In this document: positions 58,259 to 64,000 of the stretch, piece after piece | Layout of the letters: each line of letters begins with the position of its first letter | Position numbering within the stretch: the first letter of the stretch is position 1 | Origin: an uncultured delta proteobacterium | GTDB lineage: Bacteria; Myxococcota_A; Polyangia; Polyangiales; Polyangiaceae | DNA: 64,000 nucleotides | Direction of reading: 5' to 3' | NCBI GenBank assembly: GCA_963696385.1 | Contig: CAVOKF010000004.1 | Location: 480,001-544,000 of the forward strand | Notes under the pieces: generated by a model | Told to the model about the DNA's origin: nothing | Database searches by the model: none | What the model saw: only the letters and a program-made list of their open reading frames with translations | Program-made: the position numbers and the translations under genes

Positions 58259-59389
58259 TTACTGCAGGCCGGACAGGCTCGTAAGCTGGCTCGGGCAGGT
58301 TACTTGCGTATACATCACGTTCGGATTGTTTGCGCCCTTCATCCAGCTGACGATGAATTCGCAGCCGGCCTCCATCGTCGCCGAATTCGCGAAGATCGAT
58401 TGGCATGCACTGGTCGTACACGCCGTGTACTCCGAATAATTGTAGTCGTCCTGCTGTTCGCACTGCAGCATGAGCCCCCCGTACTGGACGCCGAGCTGAG
58501 ACGTGGAGACCTTCCACTCGGTCGCGCAGGCGTCGTTCGCCCCGACGCCGCCTCCGGGAATCAGCAGGTCGAACTGGCCAGACTGCAAGCCACCTGTGTT
58601 GACCACCTGCACGGTGATGCTCTTTCCGCAGATCTGCTCCGACCCCGTGTCTTGCGTACCGTCGTTGGACTTGCCGGTGAACGTGAGCTGGAAACAGGTT
58701 CCGCAGCTCGCGCCGTCGTATGCCGCGAACGCGTACGCCAGCGAGTCGCTCACGATCTGCGGCGCCATGTCGTAACACTCGTACGCACTGCCGCCTTGGC
58801 ACGAGTCCTGGGCGCCGTCGTTGCGAGTGACCCCGTCGGCCGCGCACGTGTGCGACGACCCGCACGATGGCTTGCAGCAGTCCCAGTAGCGGGTCGCGTA
58901 CCCCGCCGTGCCGCTGGTCGGTGGAGTGCAAGCCGGCGCACTGCTCGATGACGCCGACGACTGCTGACTCGACGCGCTCGCGGAGCTCCCTTGCGAGCTG
59001 CCGCCCGTCGACCCGCTCGCGCCGCTCGATGTCGACGTGCTTGCCGACCCGTGACTCGACCCCGAGCTCGATCCGCTGCGGGAGCTCGACGCACCGCTGG
59101 ACCCGGCCGAGCTCGACGAGCCGCCGACGGGCGCCCCCGTCGATCCGGCGGTGCTTGAGCTGGTGCTCGATCCGCCCACGAAGCTCGCCGCACCACTGGA
59201 GCCGCTCAAGCTCGACGAGCCGCCGGCGAGCATGCCGGTCGACCCGGCGTACGAGTTCGATCCGCTCGACGCACTGCCGGCGGCTGCCGGATTCGAGCTC
59301 CCGGTTCCCGTCGACGACCCACCGCCGCAGGCAATCGCTATGATCGATCCTGCGGCGAGAGCCGCGATCGAGGTAACGCTTCGATTCAT
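58259..59389 (-). CDS. GH45 endoglucanase, lipoprotein with a Ser/Gly linker
   Basis: ATRYWDCCKPSC signature, CGTCFQLTF, NTGG...QFDLLIPGGGVG and V.CP..L. Lipobox AIAC. Confidence 0.92.
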   Translation of the reverse strand: MNRSVTSIAALAAGSIIAIACGGGSSTGTGSSNPAAAGSASSGSNSYAGSTGMLAGGSSSLSGSSGAASFVGGSSTSSSTAGSTGAPVGGSSSSAGSSGASSSRSGSSSGSSHGSASTSTSSGASGSTGGSSQGSSASASSQQSSASSSSAPACTPPTSGTAGYATRYWDCCKPSCGSSHTCAADGVTRNDGAQDSCQGGSAYECYDMAPQIVSDSLAYAFAAYDGASCGTCFQLTFTGKSNDGTQDTGSEQICGKSITVQVVNTGGLQSGQFDLLIPGGGVGANDACATEWKVSTSQLGVQYGGLMLQCEQQDDYNYSEYTACTTSACQSIFANSATMEAGCEFIVSWMKGANNPNVMYTQVTCPSQLTSLSGLQ

Positions 59390-59750
59390 GATCTGGCCAC
59401 TTCTCCGCAAGATGATCCGATGAGGGACCGGCATCATGCCACGGAGGACCGCACCGTCATCGTCGTAAGGCATGGCATACCGCTTCGGCCGCGCCGAATG
59501 GAAAACTGCGAGGCGTGTCGTTCGACGTGAAAAGCGAAATAGCGCCCGGCTCATACCCAACGGTCAATGGGTTTTTTTGTTGCCACTGGAACGCGACGAG
59601 CGGGCAGGTCCGGCGCGTGATGCGACGAGACGGCGCGCCATATGCAGACCACCGATGTCACGACGCGGTGTCCATCGCCCCTCGGCCCTACCGCACGGCC
59701 TCGTTGCGACGATTGGGAGTGCCCATTCACCTCCCGCTGTTCGCGGCGAT

Positions 59751-61259
59751 TCAACGCGCCAGGTACGACATGAGCGACGACACCTCGTTCGCGGCGGTGC
59801 GCGCGTCCTCGATGCGGATTTCCCCGGACTGCACGCGGTCCGCGAGGCACCGCTCCAGCGAGAGCATCCCTTCGCGCTTGCCGGACTGGATGGTTGAGGC
59901 GACCTGGGACGTCTTTCCCTCGCGGATGAGCGACCCGACCGCGTGAGTCACGCGGAGCACCTCGATCACCGGCACGCGGCCCTCCCCCCTCGCCCGCGGG
60001 AGAAGCCGCTGCACCACGATTGCGCGGAGCGAGTCCGCCAGCTGCGTCCGGATCTGCGCCTTTCCTTCGGCTGGAAAGACGTCGACGATCCGCTCAACCG
60101 CCGAGGAGGCCGACCGACTGTGCAACGAAGACAGAATCAAATGCCCGGTTGCGGCTGCCGTAAGAGCAAGGCCGATCGTTTCCTTGTCCCGCATTTCGCC
60201 TAGCAGAAGAACGTCGAGATCTTCCCTCAGCGCGTCGCGGAGGCCCGTGACGAAGTCAGAGACGTCGCGCCCGACCTGACGGCGACGAACCAGGGACGTT
60301 TCCGGTGCGGAGAGGGCAAACTCGATGGGATCCTCGAGCGTCGTGAGCACAATCGAGCGCCGCCGCAGGGCCTCCTGAGCCAGCGCCGCCAGGGTGGTCG
60401 ACTTGCCGGAGCCGGTCGCCCCGCAGACAAGCACGAGCCCGTGGGGCAAGTCCGCGAGGTCTTCGAGCGGAAGGGGCAAGTGGAGAGACGAGAGCAAGGG
60501 CGCCGCGGACGGCAGGAGACGCACGGCCGCGGCAACTCCGGCCGACGACTGGAAGACGTGGACGCGCACTCGTCCGACGCCGACGATATCCCTGGCGGAG
60601 TCGATCGAATGACCGCGCGTCAGGCGTGCGCGCTCACCGTCGTCCAGAGCGAGGATCGTCGTGACGTCTACGCCTGCCGCTCCGTCGAGGCGGTGAAGCT
60701 GGCCGTCCACGCGGATGCAGGGCGGGTCGCCGTCCGCGAGGTGGAGATCGCTCGCCCGAAACGCGGCGGCGCGGTTGACGTAACTCGCGAAGAGCGACGC
60801 GCCCCTTGATTCATCCTGGCGCGCGTGGCGTGCAGGGCCGGCGGAGGGGGAGACGATGTCGCTCGGGGAAGCGGAACGGGAAGGCCCGGATCCCATTGCA
60901 GGAAACGCTTCGGAGGCAGGATGCTGCAGATCGACGGACGCTTCCCGGATGCGCGCGCTGCTGCGCATGAAGATCGTGTCGAACCCTCCCTCGCGGGCGA
61001 TCAAGGTGACCTGGAACGAGCCGAGGCTTGCGCCTTCGTAAGCGATCTCGAGACGGCCCTTGGCGCGCATCGTCTGCTCTCGCTCCGGGGTCAGGATCTC
61101 CCCAAGCAGATCGCGTAGCGTGCCCTCGGATGTGGTTGGGATCGATAGCCGCTTCGCCACGCCGTACGCGAGCATTTTGGGTTCGCGCTCGGTCCCCAGC
61201 CGGAGTTCATTGGCGGCCTGCTGGTTCACGATCGCGAGGAGGCTATCGATCCGCGCCAA
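59751..61259 (-). CDS. pilT: PilT/PilU-family ATPase with a duplicated N-terminal domain
   Basis: TTG start MARIDSLL and a second ASDLHL domain. GATGSGKST, TLEDPIE, LLGEMRD and TGHL..SSLH. Confidence 0.88.
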   Translation of the reverse strand: MARIDSLLAIVNQQAANELRLGTEREPKMLAYGVAKRLSIPTTSEGTLRDLLGEILTPEREQTMRAKGRLEIAYEGASLGSFQVTLIAREGGFDTIFMRSSARIREASVDLQHPASEAFPAMGSGPSRSASPSDIVSPSAGPARHARQDESRGASLFASYVNRAAAFRASDLHLADGDPPCIRVDGQLHRLDGAAGVDVTTILALDDGERARLTRGHSIDSARDIVGVGRVRVHVFQSSAGVAAAVRLLPSAAPLLSSLHLPLPLEDLADLPHGLVLVCGATGSGKSTTLAALAQEALRRRSIVLTTLEDPIEFALSAPETSLVRRRQVGRDVSDFVTGLRDALREDLDVLLLGEMRDKETIGLALTAAATGHLILSSLHSRSASSAVERIVDVFPAEGKAQIRTQLADSLRAIVVQRLLPRARGEGRVPVIEVLRVTHAVGSLIREGKTSQVASTIQSGKREGMLSLERCLADRVQSGEIRIEDARTAANEVSSLMSYLAR

Positions 61260-61438
61260 CTCAAAGCTCCCGCGCGGTGGCGTAGCCTTTCGAGGGCCCG
61301 CCGTCTCGTCGATCCATCGATTTATCCGCGATCGACCTCATCCGTACTGGAAGCGGGTCCAGGGCCGGCGCTGGACCCCGACACCGCCGGCCGGTTCGAG
61401 ACTGGACCCTGGGCAAGCGCCGTGTTGGCATGTCTTGC

Positions 61439-62656
61439 ATGAGTCGCTCGACCGTTCTCCGCCATTGCCGGGCGCTCGAATGGGCCATCGCGGTGCGCTG
61501 TTCGGCGGCCTTGTGCGTTACGTTGGCGCTCTGGGCCTTTTGGGGGTGCGGGTCGCCGGGGTCCACCGTTGCCGATGGGGGGAGTCCGCTCGATGGCGGC
61601 CGGTCATCGGTGACCGCGGCGGATAGCGACGTGGAGGGCGGCGACGGGGGGGGCGGTCCAGGCCCGGGCAACGACTCCGGCGCCTCCGACGACAGCGGAG
61701 AGGACGCCGGCTGTACCTGGAACCTTGGCACGGGAGTGCCCGAGGGCGCCGCTCCCACGCTCGACAACTCAGCGGACATGACAGGAGCAACATTCGGGAC
61801 CGACGCCTTCGATGCCGCCCAGCAGCGCCGCACGGTGCCGCTCGACGTCACGACGTCGCTGCCCGGACTCTCGTTGGGGGAAGCCTATTTGACTGGACTC
61901 GCCTCGACCCCAGAGGCCGCGTATCTGATCCTCGCCGTCACCAATTCGGGAACGGACTTCCCGTGTTTCGTTCAGACGACGGCGTACAACTGGCTGAGTG
62001 CGACCGGTGACGTTCTCAACTCCGCGTGCGCCATCTACCTCGACGGCTCGGTCGGATCGGTGTCGAGCTTGGTCAATTCGGAGACGTGCCTCGCCCCCGG
62101 CGAGACAGGCTATTTGACGGATGTCCAACTCGCAACGAGCGGCTCTCTCTACTCAGAGGTGGCGTCGATCCAAATCGGATTGGAGTCGACAGCCACCGGG
62201 AGCACCCCGACCTCAAAACTGCTGCCCACTCGTTACGACGTCGGAACGTGCGCGGGTGTACGCACGGTGCGTATCGAGGGAACTGCGAGCGATCCCGGGG
62301 TCTCGGTTGGCAACTTCGGCGGGGACCTCGCGCCCACCGTCTTTCTCGATGCGGCCGGCCTCCCGGTCCGGTGGTCCTTGTTTTCGCAGATGCAAGCGGC
62401 CAATGTTGCGTCCGGGGCCACCGCGTATTTCACGGATAATTTAGCGGAACCGGCGGTGTCGAGGGCGCTCGTCTTTCTGTCCTTCGAGCCACCCGACCCT
62501 ACACTCATGAGTCTGTCGACGAACCTGCTTCACGAGATGCGGGCGGCGCACGCCGCCCGGCGCGAACGGGCGCGACGATGGCAGCTTGCGGTCGGATCCT
62601 TGTCTTCATGGCGATCGCCCGTGGCGACGCGCCTGCCCGCGGCTTCATCCCCGTAG
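61439..62656 (+). CDS. Hypothetical lipoprotein
   Basis: Hydrophobic signal ending FWGC, DGG-rich linker and beta-rich body. Start uncertain. Confidence 0.7.
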   Translation: MSRSTVLRHCRALEWAIAVRCSAALCVTLALWAFWGCGSPGSTVADGGSPLDGGRSSVTAADSDVEGGDGGGGPGPGNDSGASDDSGEDAGCTWNLGTGVPEGAAPTLDNSADMTGATFGTDAFDAAQQRRTVPLDVTTSLPGLSLGEAYLTGLASTPEAAYLILAVTNSGTDFPCFVQTTAYNWLSATGDVLNSACAIYLDGSVGSVSSLVNSETCLAPGETGYLTDVQLATSGSLYSEVASIQIGLESTATGSTPTSKLLPTRYDVGTCAGVRTVRIEGTASDPGVSVGNFGGDLAPTVFLDAAGLPVRWSLFSQMQAANVASGATAYFTDNLAEPAVSRALVFLSFEPPDPTLMSLSTNLLHEMRAAHAARRERARRWQLAVGSLSSWRSPVATRLPAASSP

Positions 62657-62744
62657 CGACCCCGGCATGGCCTCGCTCGAGGGAACATGCATCGACCACA
62701 CGTCTTACGACCCGTCGTTCGCGGGTCTCCGGCGCCGAGACGAC

Positions 62745-63974
62745 TCAAGGTTGGCAGTCCGCTCCCACCGCGTTGCTGGCACTGCATCTTGAATTTGCTG
62801 GGCAACTGCCGGAATCGTCGGCGGTCCCCGCGAGACTGCAGGCCGCGAGGCACGTTCCCGAAAGTCCCGGGTTCTGCGTTACGAACCCTGTCGCCGAGCC
62901 GCCGTCGGCCCCCATCAGCTCGACGGGCTCGAAGGCATCGCAAACGAAACCGGCCGGGCATGTGGCCGTGGTCGAGTCGGTGATACAAAATTGGGTGCAA
63001 TAGCCGGCGTCACTCCCGGCAACCAGCTCGCAATTGCACTGCGCGTCTTGCGAGTTCATTGCGAGGTCCGCAGAGGTGCACGGCGTGCCCGTTGTCAACG
63101 AAGGGACCACCGTGCTGATGCAGTTCCCTACGTCCGTCTGGCACGCACTGCCGGTGGGGCAATCCGAGTTCTGGGTGCAGCCACCCCAACAAAATCCGAT
63201 GCCAAGGGCCCCGCCGTCGTCGGTTCCCGTTGCAGTTTGCGGGGGCAAGAAAATATAAGGTTGGCAGACGTCGTTCAGTTGGCACGCGGGAGCGGATCCG
63301 TTGGACCCAACGGCGACCGTCCCGTCTGCCGCAAACCGGCACCAGGGCAAACAGATGCCCGCTTGGCTCATGCCCAGCGCGGCGACCGGGACGCCGGGGT
63401 TGGGGATGCATACCCCAGGCGACGACGGGTCGTCCTTGCCGTCGCAGTAATGAAGGGCATTGTCGTTCACGAAGGTGCAAGTGCTCAGACAAATGGGCGT
63501 GGGGTAGACGACCGCCAAGAAGATCGCTTCCGACAGCGAACACGTGTTGATCCCCGGTCCGTTGGCCGCCCGGCAGTCGTCATCGGACTGGCATACTCGT
63601 CCAACCGTTCCATCGTAGAGCAATTGGTTGCCCATCCCCGCTTCGCCGGACGCGGCGGCCCCGTCGCCCGTCGCGATCGTGGCTGAACCAGTACTCGATG
63701 AGCCCGCGCTCGATCCCGACGCTCCATCGGAATGAATCGTAAATGCGAGGACATCGTCCCCCGCATCCATAGCGGAGGACTCGCCGTCCGGACTGGGCTG
63801 CCCCTTGCAGCCGCTGGCCACGAGCAGCGCGATACCGGCAACGTACACGTACCGGACCCGTTCCGGTGTCCATCCCGACAAGGGGGCCAAGCGATGCCTC
63901 CGACGGGCCGATCCGTCCGTCTGACCCGAGCCTCGCGCAACGCGAGCCAGCCTACGTCCGAATGATTGCGTCAA
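62745..63974 (-). CDS. Cys-rich exported lipoprotein (myxobacterial Cys-rich repeats)
   Basis: Lipobox ASGC and many C-x-x-x-x-D-C / C-P-x-G-x-x-C motifs. The true start is probably downstream of 63974. Confidence 0.75.
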   Translation of the reverse strand: MTQSFGRRLARVARGSGQTDGSARRRHRLAPLSGWTPERVRYVYVAGIALLVASGCKGQPSPDGESSAMDAGDDVLAFTIHSDGASGSSAGSSSTGSATIATGDGAAASGEAGMGNQLLYDGTVGRVCQSDDDCRAANGPGINTCSLSEAIFLAVVYPTPICLSTCTFVNDNALHYCDGKDDPSSPGVCIPNPGVPVAALGMSQAGICLPWCRFAADGTVAVGSNGSAPACQLNDVCQPYIFLPPQTATGTDDGGALGIGFCWGGCTQNSDCPTGSACQTDVGNCISTVVPSLTTGTPCTSADLAMNSQDAQCNCELVAGSDAGYCTQFCITDSTTATCPAGFVCDAFEPVELMGADGGSATGFVTQNPGLSGTCLAACSLAGTADDSGSCPANSRCSASNAVGADCQP

Positions 63975-64000
63975 GGTTGCCTACCACGGCATGTTGGCAC

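Noticed and set aside
1..64000. CRISPR array, rRNA or tRNA genes
   Set aside because: I saw no regularly spaced repeat-spacer series or recognisable structural RNA gene by eye.

Overview
High-GC bacterial DNA whose gene content points to Myxococcota (Polyangiaceae/Labilithrix-like): many exported lipoproteins with DAG/DGG-rich linkers, a DUF1592/DUF1552 pair, an IgGFc-binding protein and a PilT paralogue. The taxonomy is inferred. It is largely an accessory region. (i) 0-6 kb: a broken ankyrin gene interrupted by a ~96 bp MITE, an ECF sigma/anti-sigma/Spy-like operon divergent from an EF-hand gene, a serpin, and a complete IS630-family element whose end matches the MITE. (ii) 6-27 kb: a DsbA-NhaA fusion, then small stress/detoxification genes mixed with gene remnants, plus a pepsin-like protease. 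(iii) uvrA with a terminal frameshift. (iv) 31.9-38.9 kb: a tightly coupled five-gene operon (small acidic lipoprotein-like peptide, GT-B glycosyltransferase, GT-GT4-radical SAM/SPASM triple fusion, second radical SAM/SPASM, degenerate radical-SAM-like protein). This is the best candidate for an undescribed system. (v) 39-64 kb: membrane proteins, a candidate structured RNA leader, the DUF1592/DUF1552 pair, a PadR/YceI unit, a GH45 endoglucanase, a PilT with a duplicated N-domain, and several Cys-rich lipoproteins. I saw no rRNA, tRNA or CRISPR array. All family calls come from motif recognition by eye, not database searches.
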